The notes: generated by a model not told the origin, from the sequence alone. Numbered from the stretch's first letter, positions 9,265 to 19,618 are shown. The stretch is 34,170 bases of DNA from a virus (IMGVR_UViG_3300010043_000007:1-34170); one strand, 5' to 3'. Made by a program: numbers and translations.

Positions 9265-10830
9265 ATGCCCGTCAGCTTTAATAATATCCCGAGTAACTGG
9301 CGTCAACCGTTGTACTGGGTGGAAGTGGATGGAAGCATGGCGGGCTTTCCCGTATCGCACATGCGCATCCTTCTTGTCGGTACGATGATCACGTCGAACA
9401 CGCCGCCGTCGCCGCTCAATGGAACTGCGACACCTGATATTCCCGTTCCTGTTGGAAGGCAAACGGATGCTGATCATTTCTTCGGCAAAGGAAGTGAACT
9501 TGCGTGCATGTTCCGCGCGAGTTTCGCGAACAATTTCTCGTCGGAGATTTGGGCCTTGCCTGTTGCTGAACCGACAACGGGTGGCGCGCAAGCGCAAGCT
9601 ACGATTACGGTTGCGGCTGCACCAACAGATTACGGAACTCTTTCACTTTACATCGCCGGGTATCCCATAAATGTGAATGTCGCTCTCACTGATACTGTCA
9701 ATATGGTCGCAACCAACATTGCTGCTGCGATTAATAATCCTCCTGCTGGTACACCCTATTTGCCGGTTACGGCAACCGCAGCGACTGCGACTGTTACAAT
9801 CAAGTGTCGCTGGAAGGGAGTCAATGGCAATATGATCACTATTCGCGATTCTTATTATGGTCGCATTGGTGGTGAAGTCATGCCTCCCGGTTTGTCGCTG
9901 ACCTATTCAAGTTTCACTTTGGTTGGCGGTACTGGTGTGCCGAGCTTCGCGAATGGAATCTCAAATATGGGTGAGACTGAGTTCGAGTTTGTCTGTATGA
10001 CATACACTGACTCGCAGTCACTTGCAGCTTGGGAACAAGAATATGGTTTTAGTGACTCAGGCAGATGGGGATGGATGCGCCAGCACTTTGGTCATCTCTT
10101 CAGTGCAAAGCGCGACACGTATTCGAATCTCGTTACGTGGGGTCTCACGCGCAATGGCAAGGTGTTGTCGGTTCTTGCTATTGAGCCAACATCACCATCG
10201 CCTGAATATGAATGGGCGGCTGCATATACGGCGAAGGCGGCTCGTGGCTTGACCAATGATCCTGCACGTCCGTTGCAGACATTGCACATGGAAACGATCT
10301 TGCCCGCACCGTTCCATGATCTCTGGAACCTGCTCGAGCTCAACACGTTTGCCTATAGTGGGCTTGCGACACAGAGAACCATTGTGCTTAGCGATGGTCC
10401 AATGATCGCTCGCGAAACCACGACGTATCAGGTGAACGAGTTTGGGTTTGGTGATGACGCGTTTGAGCTTGTGACAACTCTGGCAACGTTGGCCAAAGTG
10501 ATCCGCAATCAGCGTTATGCGATCACCACCAAGTTCCCACGTCATAAGCTGGCGGATGATGATACTCGCTTTGGCCCCGGTCAAGCCATCGTGACGCCGA
10601 AGATCATTAAGGCTGAGTTGATCGCTGAATATGCGCAGGATGAATTCAATGGTCTAGTCGAGAACCTGCGTGAATTCAAAAATCACCTCATTGTCGAGCG
10701 TGATCCAAATGACCCAAATCGCGTGAACGTACTGTATCCGCCCGATCTTATCAATCAGTTGCGTATGTTCGCGGTGCTTGCTCAGTTCAGGCTCCAGTAC
10801 AATCGCGGTATCGACCAAGCGATTCTCTAA
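9265..10830 (+). CDS. Contractile tail sheath protein (Mu gpL-like)
   Basis: MPVSFNNIPSNWRQPLYWVEVD start; FGKGSELACM; KFPRHKLADDDTRFGPGQAIVTP; ERDPNDPNRVNVLYPPDLINQLRMFA; GAGGAGG RBS. Confidence 0.96.
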   Translation: MPVSFNNIPSNWRQPLYWVEVDGSMAGFPVSHMRILLVGTMITSNTPPSPLNGTATPDIPVPVGRQTDADHFFGKGSELACMFRASFANNFSSEIWALPVAEPTTGGAQAQATITVAAAPTDYGTLSLYIAGYPINVNVALTDTVNMVATNIAAAINNPPAGTPYLPVTATAATATVTIKCRWKGVNGNMITIRDSYYGRIGGEVMPPGLSLTYSSFTLVGGTGVPSFANGISNMGETEFEFVCMTYTDSQSLAAWEQEYGFSDSGRWGWMRQHFGHLFSAKRDTYSNLVTWGLTRNGKVLSVLAIEPTSPSPEYEWAAAYTAKAARGLTNDPARPLQTLHMETILPAPFHDLWNLLELNTFAYSGLATQRTIVLSDGPMIARETTTYQVNEFGFGDDAFELVTTLATLAKVIRNQRYAITTKFPRHKLADDDTRFGPGQAIVTPKIIKAELIAEYAQDEFNGLVENLREFKNHLIVERDPNDPNRVNVLYPPDLINQLRMFAVLAQFRLQYNRGIDQAIL

Positions 10831-10877
10831 ACTAGAATCGTTCACTCAACTTTTAATCATCATAGAAGGAGGTCGCG

Positions 10878-11243
10878 ATGGGACAACGCATCGCTGGAAT
10901 AGCTTTCCTGAAAGTTGACGGCGACTTGTATCCGCTTCGCGGCAACTTTACCGTCAGTCCATCACCAACGGAACGCGCGGGCATTGCTGGACAAGACTAT
11001 GTTCATGGTTTCAGCGAGCTCCCGCGCGTGCCATACATCGAGGGTGATATCTCACTGGTGCCAGAACTCTCGATGGAAGATGTAGCCTTGATCTTTGACT
11101 CCACAGTTACAGCGGAGTTGGCAAACGGCAAGGTCTATGTCCTTTATCAAGCATGGTGCCGTGCAGCTTTTGAACTGAATACGCGTGAAGGTCAAACGCG
11201 CGTTCGGTTTGAAGGCACATCGTGCGTTGAACAAAATCCATAG
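10878..11243 (+). CDS. Tail tube protein (Mu gpM-like)
   Basis: RIAGIAFLKVDG...GQDYVHGFSELPRVPYIEG...TVTAELANGKVYVL; AAGGAGGT RBS; follows the sheath. Confidence 0.93.
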   Translation: MGQRIAGIAFLKVDGDLYPLRGNFTVSPSPTERAGIAGQDYVHGFSELPRVPYIEGDISLVPELSMEDVALIFDSTVTAELANGKVYVLYQAWCRAAFELNTREGQTRVRFEGTSCVEQNP

Positions 11244-11269
11244 TTTGTCCTCAATATAGGAGGCGTGCA

Positions 11270-11539
11270 ATGAACGCGACGGCTGAAAATCTCGCGCGTC
11301 AAGGTCGCCTCATTGAGGCAGGCTGGACTGAACTTGAGCAGACGATGCCGCCATCATCTTATGCGTGGAAAAATGATATGCGAACGGCATACTTTGCTGG
11401 CGCACAGCATGTTTTCCAAAGCATGGTTGCTGCGGCGCGTGGCAATAAAGATGTGCAGTTGTCTGAGATCAAGCAGGAACTGCAAGACTTTATGAATGAG
11501 CATGTGTTGCGTAATGCTCCAGTTGCGGGCAGTGCGTAG
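11270..11539 (+). CDS. Hypothetical helical protein inserted between tube and chaperone
   Basis: 89-aa ORF with strong AGGAGG RBS. Confidence 0.7.
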   Translation: MNATAENLARQGRLIEAGWTELEQTMPPSSYAWKNDMRTAYFAGAQHVFQSMVAAARGNKDVQLSEIKQELQDFMNEHVLRNAPVAGSA

Positions 11540-11554
11540 AAAGGAGAATAAGCA

Positions 11555-12022
11555 ATGGCAGAAGAACTAAATCCTCCGGCTGGATTTGCAGCAGTCCCTC
11601 CTGTTAATCAGTCGCCACAGCAGCAAATCAATGGTGGACCACAGCCACAGCCACAGCAACAAGCTAAACCACAGCCACAAGTTGAATACCCACCTGAACA
11701 GGAGCCAGTTCAGCGTGATGCTAGTGGCACGCCAGTTTGGGATGGCAAGCTTATTCTGCGCAAGCAAGTTGTCGCCAATGGTGAACCGACGCTTGAACTC
11801 AAGTTTCGTGAACCGACGGCTGGTGACATCGAACGCATCGGTAATCCTGTCACTGTGGGCATGTACGAGAATAATCCAAAAATTCACTTCGATGCTTCGG
11901 TGATGACTCAAATGATGTCACGGTTGGCTGGCGTGCCGCCATCAACAATTCGTGCGATGCATCCTAAAGATTGGAACAATGGAGCTTGGTTGCTCGCAAA
12001 TTTCTTCATGCCAGATCTGTAG
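11555..12022 (+). CDS. Tail assembly chaperone (Mu gp41-like)
   Basis: ELKFREPTAGDI...MSRLAGVPPSTIRAMHPKDW motif; lies between tube and tape measure. Confidence 0.85.
   Translation: MAEELNPPAGFAAVPPVNQSPQQQINGGPQPQPQQQAKPQPQVEYPPEQEPVQRDASGTPVWDGKLILRKQVVANGEPTLELKFREPTAGDIERIGNPVTVGMYENNPKIHFDASVMTQMMSRLAGVPPSTIRAMHPKDWNNGAWLLANFFMPDL
11998..12004 (+). other. Putative -1 programmed ribosomal frameshift site A AAT TTC
   Basis: X XXY YYZ heptamer in the correct phase of the chaperone ORF; the -1 frame is open to 12180. Confidence 0.75.
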
Positions 12023-12180
12023 ATGAAATGATTTTGGATTGCTACAGACTGGCAAAATTCTACTCAGTAGATCCAAACGTCTTCTTGAAAAAACCGATGT
12101 CACAACTTAACCGCCATTTGGAGTGGACCAACCGACTGATCGAACGAATAAATATCGAGCAGTCTGTGGATAATGACTGA
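11998..12180 (+). CDS. C-terminal extension of tail chaperone (gpGT-like, -1 frame)
   Basis: ILDCYRLAKFYSVDP..FL..P.S.L helical ORF whose stop overlaps the tape-measure start. Confidence 0.7.
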   Translation, partial: KFLHARSVDEMILDCYRLAKFYSVDPNVFLKKPMSQLNRHLEWTNRLIERINIEQSVDND

Positions 12181-15100
12181 TGGCTGATGAACATGCAAAT
12201 ATCACGTTAACTTTAACCGACGAGATGTCGGATAAGTTGCGTGATATTAATCAGCAGGTCGATACGCTCCGCAATCGCTTTGAGAATCTTGGTGCTTCGT
12301 CAAATCAAGCATTTAATCAAGCACATCAAGCAGCAACGAGGATACCGGAGAAGCTTTCTGATATTGAAAAGCTGATACAGAAAACTTTTGGCCGTGATGT
12401 TCGCCATCAGTTAGAGGAATTTTCCCGCTCGATGGGGAACATTGCAGGCCAGACGCTTGGTATGTCAAGTGCTGTAGGCACTGCTTCAGCCACCGTTACT
12501 CGCCTCGCTTTTGCGATTGGTGGTGCAGTGAGTGTAACGACAGCATGGGTGACTGCTCTTATAGCGGGCGGTGTTGCTGTCTACAAAATTTCAGAAGCTA
12601 TTAATCGGGCGCACCAAGAGAGTTTGAATTTCCAGAAACAAATTGGTGCTTCTGAGACTCAAATTAGATCCTGGACTATTGCTGCTGAATCTCTTGGCAT
12701 GTCGACCGAAGAGGCTCGCGGTAGTATGCAACGGCTTACTTCGCAGGTTCAAGATCTCGTTCGTGGTACATATGCGCCGCTTGCTCGCGAACTTATGAGC
12801 TTCGGCGAGAAAGGCGTAGCTGCCTGGGATGCTGTTAGGACCGCACAAGAGCAAGGACAAGATAGTTTAGAACAGACTGCGGTCTTACTACGACACGTTT
12901 CTACGTGGAGCGAAGCGGCACAACGAAGTTTCGCTCAATATAGTGGTATGAATATTCGGCAGCAGCAACTGCTGATTGATCGTTTAAGAGAAGTACAAGC
13001 AATCGTAGATAGTCCACGAGCTCGGGCTGCTTACGCCTATCAGGAGGAGCAAAGCGGCAAGGTTGCAATGAACTGGTTCAAGATCAAGCTTGAACTGGAG
13101 AGGCTGCGACCATTGTGGGACTATGTCAAGGGTGGTTTCTTTGAAGTCGTTAATGTGTTGGCAGTTGCTCTTCTTAATACGTTGAAGGCCATCAATTTTG
13201 TTGTTGATCTAGTTGCGCTTGCATTTGGCAAAGTCAAGGATGTGGTGAATTGGCTGATCGAACATACACCAACATGGCTGAAGTATTTGTTCATGTTCAA
13301 TCCTGCCGTTCTCGCTTATAGACTTGGTCGAAAGCTGACTGAAGAAACGCCGGAAGAGAAAGAGCAACGCGAGCGTCAGGACCGACCAGTAGGATCGCGT
13401 CCGGCCCCGCCGATGACACCTCTACCTGGAGGTATTCCGCGCAGCACTGGTCCGGCCGCTCCGCCAATGACACCATTGTATTTCGCTGGCAGTGGCGGTG
13501 CTGGTCAGTTTCGTCCTGATCTCGGTTGGGCGGGTGGGTTGCACGGTGAAGAATCTCGGAATATCGAGGATCGCAGAAATCTGGTAATAGGCGAAAGAGA
13601 CCAAACGTCGTATCTGCGTGAGATACGAGATGTCCTCGTCTGGATGCAAATGCAGATGGTGGGGCCTGAAGATCAAGGGAAAGGCACGCCACAACGCTTC
13701 ACTGGTGGTGGTGGATTTGGACGTGGTGGTGGTCTTTGGGGTGGCGGTGCTGGTGGTCTTGGTGCTGGTGGCGGAGTTCTTGGTGGTCGAGGCGGCGGCG
13801 GTACTACTGGTCTTGGTTCTGGATCTGCTCCATATGCTCCGACTCAACAGGCACGCATCGGTATGCCGGGAGGCGAGTTTGATCGACCGACATTAAGTGG
13901 TGGTTTGCCAGAGGGTGGCCGTGGTGCGGCACCTCCACCACTATGGCTGAGTCCTGAAGGCGCTGATCGATGGAAAGATCAACTTGGTGGTGGTAGTCAA
14001 GGCGTAACTTCCGGCGGCGTTGGCGCTGGCGGTACGTCGACTCCAATCGCTGCTGAGCGTGCCCGTGTTATGGCACAACTCAATGAGCCTGCAACACGCC
14101 AACTTGCAGCATGGATGCTTGGACAAGAGCATGGTGCGAGTCTTGAAACTCGTTCTGACGTCTTAGAGTCTCTCGTCAATCGCGCTGTCGTTACTGGCAA
14201 ACATCCACGTGATTTGCTACTGGGTGGTTTCTATGGGCCAATCAACCGTTATCGCAATAAGCATGGCGGGCAACTACCGTCTAGTGACGCGCGTGGACTA
14301 GAGTTATTTGATCAGGCAGCGAGAGATGTTGGGGCTGGTCGAAACGTGCTCGGTGGTCGCACAGACCAGGGCATGATCAATGAGGTCAAGCGTCAGGGTC
14401 GCATGGAGTCTCGCGGCGAGTATTACGGCTGGATGGGTCTGAAAGGTGAACAGCAGACAGCCGCCGCACGGGGCGGTCCCTCAGCGATGCCGACACGAGT
14501 GGCTGGACCTGGACAACCACCCGGTTTGCCACCGAGCGTTGGCGCTTCTCCTGATCAACGAGGAAGACCAGACTACTATGGCGGCACGGTCAGCGTTGAT
14601 GGACAGACTTTCCACTATGGCACTGGTGGCGGTCGAACTCCGTCGATGCCATTTGGAACGTTCAATATCAATCCTGCTTGGACAGGTGAGGGGGTGCTTG
14701 GCGACGTCGGTAAGAGCATCGGCTCAATCGCAACAGTCGGGGGACGAGGTGGTGAAATTTGGGATCCGCGAGAAGGCCGCACGCGTCTTGGTATTCAGAT
14801 TCATGCTGCGAATAGTGATGATCTTGATCGACTTTATTCGGCTGGATGCTTTGCTGTCGCGAAAAGCGAATGGCCTCGTTTCAAGGCGGCTTTGATGAAG
14901 AAGGTTCAGCGCGACGGTCCGCTCGCTGTCACCGTGCTTCCAAATGGGCAAGCGGTTGTTCATGCACGCGGCGCGGCTCCCGAGAACGCTACTCAATATG
15001 CTGCCAAGGCTGTTCGCACCGAGAAGATAACGTCAGGGGCGACGGCAGGACCACCGCCCGGAGGCGGTCCATCCATGACCCTCCCCGGGGCTGGTGCTAC

Positions 15101-16013
15101 CGCGCCAGCGACCGGTCGATTTACACCAGGACCCACTGGTGACGTGTCACCGCATACCGCACCTCCGCCAACGCCGCCGTCAGCTACGCGTGACACGCGG
15201 ACTGATCTGCAAGTTCTCGAGGCCGCAGAAAGATATTATGGTATAACGCCTCCTGGTGGCGGTGGTCGTTCTCGACCGGTCTCCTTGCCGCGAGGGCAAC
15301 AAGGTGCAGCGCCTGTCCCGATGACGATTACTGGGACATCGTTTATGGGTGAACAGCAGCGTGCGCAGCAGGCACGTGAAGCGGATGCAGCGACTGAACG
15401 TCGTCATGCGCTTGGGATTTATACGACTGAAGAATTGCGAAATATGACACCAGAGCAGTGGGAGCGTGTCGCACCCAAGCTCGGACGAAGTACGAGTGGT
15501 CGTGCCGATCCAGTTGGCACTGATGAGCAATGGGTCCACTCCGCGGGAACTTTTTCTTCTGTAGGCCATATAGGTCGTATGGCTAGATTGACTAGGCTTG
15601 GAAGACTTGGAATAAGTACAGCAAGAGGTATGCAGCAAGAAACAGGACACATGGCAGGTTCAACTGCTCGCGACCAAGACAAAGATACACATGCTGCGCA
15701 TGATAATGACGAAGCAAGATCTAATCGCATGGTCACCGGTCGACAATGGGCGATGCATCGTGGGCAAGCGCAGCCGGTTGCAGATCGTACTGCCATCGAC
15801 CGTTCCATCGCTGGCCAGCAGAATGCTGGTCGTATTGGCAAAGGTCGTCTTGATGTTCACTTTTGGAATGCGCCGCGCGGTATGCGCGCAAAAGGCAGTG
15901 GTACTGATGCATTAGAAGAAATGAATATCAAACAGACACCGCACATGGCGAGATCCCCAGGAACACAAGCTCCGCCAGGAACTGCTAAAAAAGATTATGC
16001 TGACGAGGAATAA
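12180..16013 (+). CDS. Tape measure protein with C-terminal peptidoglycan-active domains
   Basis: 1277 aa after the chaperone; N-terminal ITLTLTDEMS.KLR and helical Ala-rich region; later E..VLESLVNRA..FYGP and IQIH...YSAGC segments. Confidence 0.88.
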   Translation: MADEHANITLTLTDEMSDKLRDINQQVDTLRNRFENLGASSNQAFNQAHQAATRIPEKLSDIEKLIQKTFGRDVRHQLEEFSRSMGNIAGQTLGMSSAVGTASATVTRLAFAIGGAVSVTTAWVTALIAGGVAVYKISEAINRAHQESLNFQKQIGASETQIRSWTIAAESLGMSTEEARGSMQRLTSQVQDLVRGTYAPLARELMSFGEKGVAAWDAVRTAQEQGQDSLEQTAVLLRHVSTWSEAAQRSFAQYSGMNIRQQQLLIDRLREVQAIVDSPRARAAYAYQEEQSGKVAMNWFKIKLELERLRPLWDYVKGGFFEVVNVLAVALLNTLKAINFVVDLVALAFGKVKDVVNWLIEHTPTWLKYLFMFNPAVLAYRLGRKLTEETPEEKEQRERQDRPVGSRPAPPMTPLPGGIPRSTGPAAPPMTPLYFAGSGGAGQFRPDLGWAGGLHGEESRNIEDRRNLVIGERDQTSYLREIRDVLVWMQMQMVGPEDQGKGTPQRFTGGGGFGRGGGLWGGGAGGLGAGGGVLGGRGGGGTTGLGSGSAPYAPTQQARIGMPGGEFDRPTLSGGLPEGGRGAAPPPLWLSPEGADRWKDQLGGGSQGVTSGGVGAGGTSTPIAAERARVMAQLNEPATRQLAAWMLGQEHGASLETRSDVLESLVNRAVVTGKHPRDLLLGGFYGPINRYRNKHGGQLPSSDARGLELFDQAARDVGAGRNVLGGRTDQGMINEVKRQGRMESRGEYYGWMGLKGEQQTAAARGGPSAMPTRVAGPGQPPGLPPSVGASPDQRGRPDYYGGTVSVDGQTFHYGTGGGRTPSMPFGTFNINPAWTGEGVLGDVGKSIGSIATVGGRGGEIWDPREGRTRLGIQIHAANSDDLDRLYSAGCFAVAKSEWPRFKAALMKKVQRDGPLAVTVLPNGQAVVHARGAAPENATQYAAKAVRTEKITSGATAGPPPGGGPSMTLPGAGATAPATGRFTPGPTGDVSPHTAPPPTPPSATRDTRTDLQVLEAAERYYGITPPGGGGRSRPVSLPRGQQGAAPVPMTITGTSFMGEQQRAQQAREADAATERRHALGIYTTEELRNMTPEQWERVAPKLGRSTSGRADPVGTDEQWVHSAGTFSSVGHIGRMARLTRLGRLGISTARGMQQETGHMAGSTARDQDKDTHAAHDNDEARSNRMVTGRQWAMHRGQAQPVADRTAIDRSIAGQQNAGRIGKGRLDVHFWNAPRGMRAKGSGTDALEEMNIKQTPHMARSPGTQAPPGTAKKDYADEE

Positions 16014-16016
16014 GAA

Positions 16017-17279
16017 ATGGCGAACGGAATTATCGAGTTACCGGAAGTCGTCGTTTCTTCAGAGCAGCCGGATACTACGAGTTCAGGATTGCCGCCGACT
16101 AATGGCGGTGTCGGGATGCAGACTACGCCGATGATGGCTGGTGATGGTGCTGGTACGGCTTATCCATTTGGCTTGCCGACCGGTCGCTACTTCGACAGCT
16201 TTGATGTCCCAGAATTTAGCGACAAGGTTGTAGTTATTGTCGGCGGTCAAATCTACGCCGAGTGGGAGTCGGTAACGGTTACGCTCAAGCTTAACGATCC
16301 ACCCAATACGTTCGAACTGCGGACAAGCGAGCAAGAGCCTTGGCCGGAGGACTGGGCGTTCCTGCGCATCAAGCCACACGATGAGTGTGCTGTTTATCTT
16401 GATGGCCAGCTTGTTATCAGTGGCATGGTGATCACGCGCCAAGTCTACTATGACGCCAACCAACATACTATTCAGATTCAGGGCGTGGACTGGACAAATA
16501 GGCTAGGACACTCGGTCGGTGATACTAAAACCAATGAATTCAAACAGCAATCAGCAGAACAGATTATCAGTGCCCTTGCAGGTGCCGCTGGTGTCGGTGC
16601 TGTCAAAGCTGGCGATATGTTTAATCAAAAATTTCCTCGCTTCTCGATTCATCCGGGTGAGTCTGCAAGAGAAGCTATCGAGCGTGTCTCGCGTGCCGCA
16701 GACCTTATGCTTGGAGCGAACAAGCATGGGCAGTTGATGGTCATTGGTGGCAATGCGATTGCTGCTGGCTATGACGCAGTGATTGAGGGTGTCAATATTC
16801 TGATCGGCCAGGAGTTAATCCACGCGAATATGATGGGTGGCAATCTGTTGACGACGGGCCAGAATCCGGTGAATGACGACAATAACAACCCGGCCGAAGC
16901 ATCACAGATGAGCAACCAGAATAGTGGTAGTGCGGGAAACGGTACTGCTAGCGGCGGTTTCGGGATGGGTGTACCGCAACGTGTTTTGTCCGAATTACCG
17001 GCATTCAGCATTGATCAGCTTATCAAGCGCGCCCAACTCAATCGAGATATTGACAGTATGGACGAGGTTACTGCGTGGATCACCGTGCTCGGCTGGCAAC
17101 GGCATGGCAGTGGAGGGCTGTGGTCACTAATGGATCATGTCTATGTGGATGCACCGATGCTGATTCTCAAAGAAGAACTCATATTGCAGGCGGTGACATT
17201 CACGCAAGACAATACGACAGGCACACGTTCGAAGCTTGAGTTGGTTAGAAAAATAGGCAAGGGACAACCAGAAGCATGA
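16017..17279 (+). CDS. Baseplate hub protein (Mu gp44/GpP-like)
   Basis: VGGQIYAEWESVTV...C.VYLDGQLVISG.V..RQ.YYDA..H.I.IQG; F.I.PGES..EAIER; V.GWQ..G.LW. Confidence 0.9.
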   Translation: MANGIIELPEVVVSSEQPDTTSSGLPPTNGGVGMQTTPMMAGDGAGTAYPFGLPTGRYFDSFDVPEFSDKVVVIVGGQIYAEWESVTVTLKLNDPPNTFELRTSEQEPWPEDWAFLRIKPHDECAVYLDGQLVISGMVITRQVYYDANQHTIQIQGVDWTNRLGHSVGDTKTNEFKQQSAEQIISALAGAAGVGAVKAGDMFNQKFPRFSIHPGESAREAIERVSRAADLMLGANKHGQLMVIGGNAIAAGYDAVIEGVNILIGQELIHANMMGGNLLTTGQNPVNDDNNNPAEASQMSNQNSGSAGNGTASGGFGMGVPQRVLSELPAFSIDQLIKRAQLNRDIDSMDEVTAWITVLGWQRHGSGGLWSLMDHVYVDAPMLILKEELILQAVTFTQDNTTGTRSKLELVRKIGKGQPEA

Positions 17280-18696
17280 TACGGACAACATCGAAGAGAG
17301 CTGGTCGCCAAGCCGAGACAGCGATCTCATATTGCACGCTGCGTGAGTTTGATGACGACCACAACAGAATGCAGATCAAGACGGCAGATGTGTTCAAGAG
17401 CGAATCGCCGACAGATGTGCAGCGGATGCAACAGGCTGGCATGACCGTGCATCCGATGAGACAGGATCAACAGCAAGGGCAACAGGGTCAGCAAGGTCAG
17501 GACGGACAACAAGGTGGCGGTCAAGGTGGTGGTGGTGGTGGTGAGAGTGGCGGTGGCGAATTTCCGGGCAATAAATCGCCATGGAGCAATCAACAGCCGA
17601 AAGGTGAATCTGCCGAAGGCGTCATGTTATATCTCATGGCTCGAGATCTCATCCTGTCTGCATTAGCATCGATGACGCGCGCTGCCGACCTTACAACATA
17701 GAGGAGGGCGGAAGTTTCTTCTATTCGGTCGATCATAAGAACCCACAATATGGACAGTATCTGCGCCGCAAGAAAGATGGCAAGGATGGCGTCTACGTTA
17801 TCGCGATGGACCTTGAGAACCAAGATCAGCAAGGCGGCGGCGGTGGTGGTGGTGCTGGCACGCAAGCGGCAGGCGGCGGCCAACAAAAAGATGATCGTAT
17901 CTCGCTCGCTCATGTCGAGAAGAAGAAACAGGATCGCAAGAAAGGTAAGAAACAACAGCAGGCGGGCGGGCAAGGTGGCGGCAGTGATGGTGGACAGAGT
18001 GGACAGAGCGGACAAAGCGGCGGCCAGAAAGATTATTTGCATGAGGGTGATTCGGTGAACACCGAGGTTCGCCTGACCAAGAAGCGCATTCAATTTTTCA
18101 AAAAGACAAAGGACAGTGGCGGCGCGGGTGCACAGGCCGCAGATGGTGGCGGCGGTGCTGGTGGAGGTAAGAACCGTAAAGATGGTGAGCTTCGTGGTTA
18201 TTGGGACAATGAGTTGACAAATTGGTGGTGGAAGGCGGATAAAGATATTCAGAACGAAACGGGTCAAGACTATACGGTCAAGGCCGATAGACACATTGAT
18301 ACTCAGACGAAGCAAGACTTCAAGATCAAGGCTGATGGTAAGACCCATTTTACCGCGAAAGAGCATGTACGTATTGGCAATCTAAAGCGACAGGGCAATG
18401 AATATCTCAGCGGCATCGATGTCGCGGCTGATCATGTTTCTGGCAGTGTCAGTGTCCCTCCAACTGGAAGGGCTGGCGAAGAGATTATTACTGGTGTTTC
18501 GCTACTCGATGTTGGAGCACGAGTGACTGCGCTTGAATCCGCCGCGCGCGAAGGTGGCGTGAGCAAGCTAAACAAGCTAGCTGATATTTTTGTCATAGAT
18601 GACGCCGGGAACATTACTGTGAATGGTGACCTACGAGTAACAGGGAATTTGACGGTTAACGGTGTCATCACTGCACGTGATTTTGTGAGAAGCTGA
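17276..18696 (+). CDS. Baseplate central spike (Mu gp45-like), interrupted by a 1-nt frameshift near 17636
   Basis: The first frame gives ...SAEGVMLYL. The -1 frame continues GSRSHPVCISIDDARCRPYNIEEG (conserved gp45 motif) into the 17806 ORF, which ends in beta-repeats GNITVNGDLRVTGNLTVNG. Confidence 0.8.
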
Positions 18697-18697
18697 A

Positions 18698-19618
18698 ATG
18701 GCGCAAGTTCCTAGTCGAGGCGCACCAACTGGTAGTCCGACTGCGTTCCAAGAGAACAGTCGTATTCCAAGTCGAAGACCGCCGCCATCTAGCACAGTTG
18801 AAACAAATGTAAGTGTTCCGCTTCGTGGTCCACCGCTGCATCCGCTTGCGCCGACTAATCATATCCCGTTGCAAACTCCATGGCTTGCGCCACGTGATCC
18901 ATTACCAGGATTGCCGCCGTTGCCTGTTGGTGAGCGGCGGATGGGGATGTCGGAAAATAAAATCTTTTCATGGCGGGAGAGATTTCGACTTGCTTCATTC
19001 AAGGATCAGCCATTTTACGTTGAGCAGCAAGGACGATCTAGTGGTCGGCGTACCGTGCTTCACCAATATCCAAAACGTGATATTCCATATGCCGAAGACA
19101 TGGGTCGTGAGGCGTTGCATTATGCCATTACTGGATATCTGATTCAGGCTCCGCTAAAACCATACAGCGATACAGATACCAATTATCGCGGAATGCCTCG
19201 TGACTATGACGTAGCGCGTGATAAGCTTGAATCGAAGCTGATGGAGAAGTCACCTGGTCGGCTTCTCGATCCGTATAATCCTAGTCTTAATCTTTCAGGT
19301 TATGGTGTTGGTTTTCCACTTTTGTTCATGTGTGAGAAATACACGATCACAGAAGCGCGAGAACGTGGCGGTTATTGCACTATCGAGATGAGCTTCGTTG
19401 AAGCTGGAATGCCTGGAAATAATATCTCGACACAAGCACCGCCGCCGATGACTGTTCTCAAAAGTTCGGTTGCAGGTGCACAGGCGGCGGCTGCGGCGCA
19501 ACTCAACGCGCAACAAGAAGCCCTCAACGCGGCAGCGAAAGAAGAGCGGGAGCGGCTGCAAAAACAGATCGAGCAAATGCAGCAGGAGTTTATCAAGCGA
19601 GGCATTCCGCAGTTCTAG
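18698..19618 (+). CDS. DNA circulation protein N-terminal domain (Mu gp43/N-like), stand-alone
   Basis: WRERFRLASFKDQPFYVE....GRRTVLHQYPKRDIPYAEDMGR ... GGYCTIEMSFVEAG. Confidence 0.88.
   Translation: MAQVPSRGAPTGSPTAFQENSRIPSRRPPPSSTVETNVSVPLRGPPLHPLAPTNHIPLQTPWLAPRDPLPGLPPLPVGERRMGMSENKIFSWRERFRLASFKDQPFYVEQQGRSSGRRTVLHQYPKRDIPYAEDMGREALHYAITGYLIQAPLKPYSDTDTNYRGMPRDYDVARDKLESKLMEKSPGRLLDPYNPSLNLSGYGVGFPLLFMCEKYTITEARERGGYCTIEMSFVEAGMPGNNISTQAPPPMTVLKSSVAGAQAAAAAQLNAQQEALNAAAKEERERLQKQIEQMQQEFIKRGIPQF

Noticed and set aside
17276-17701. Independent 141-aa gene followed by a separate 296-aa gene
   Set aside because: The conserved gp45 motif continues across the junction in the -1 frame, so this is one frameshifted gene
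13548-19614. Self-targets of the guides in this window (gaagaatctcg at 13548; gcattccgcagtt at 19602)
   Set aside because: Only partial matches, as expected by chance. No full 18-bp match was seen by eye, but an exhaustive search was not possible.
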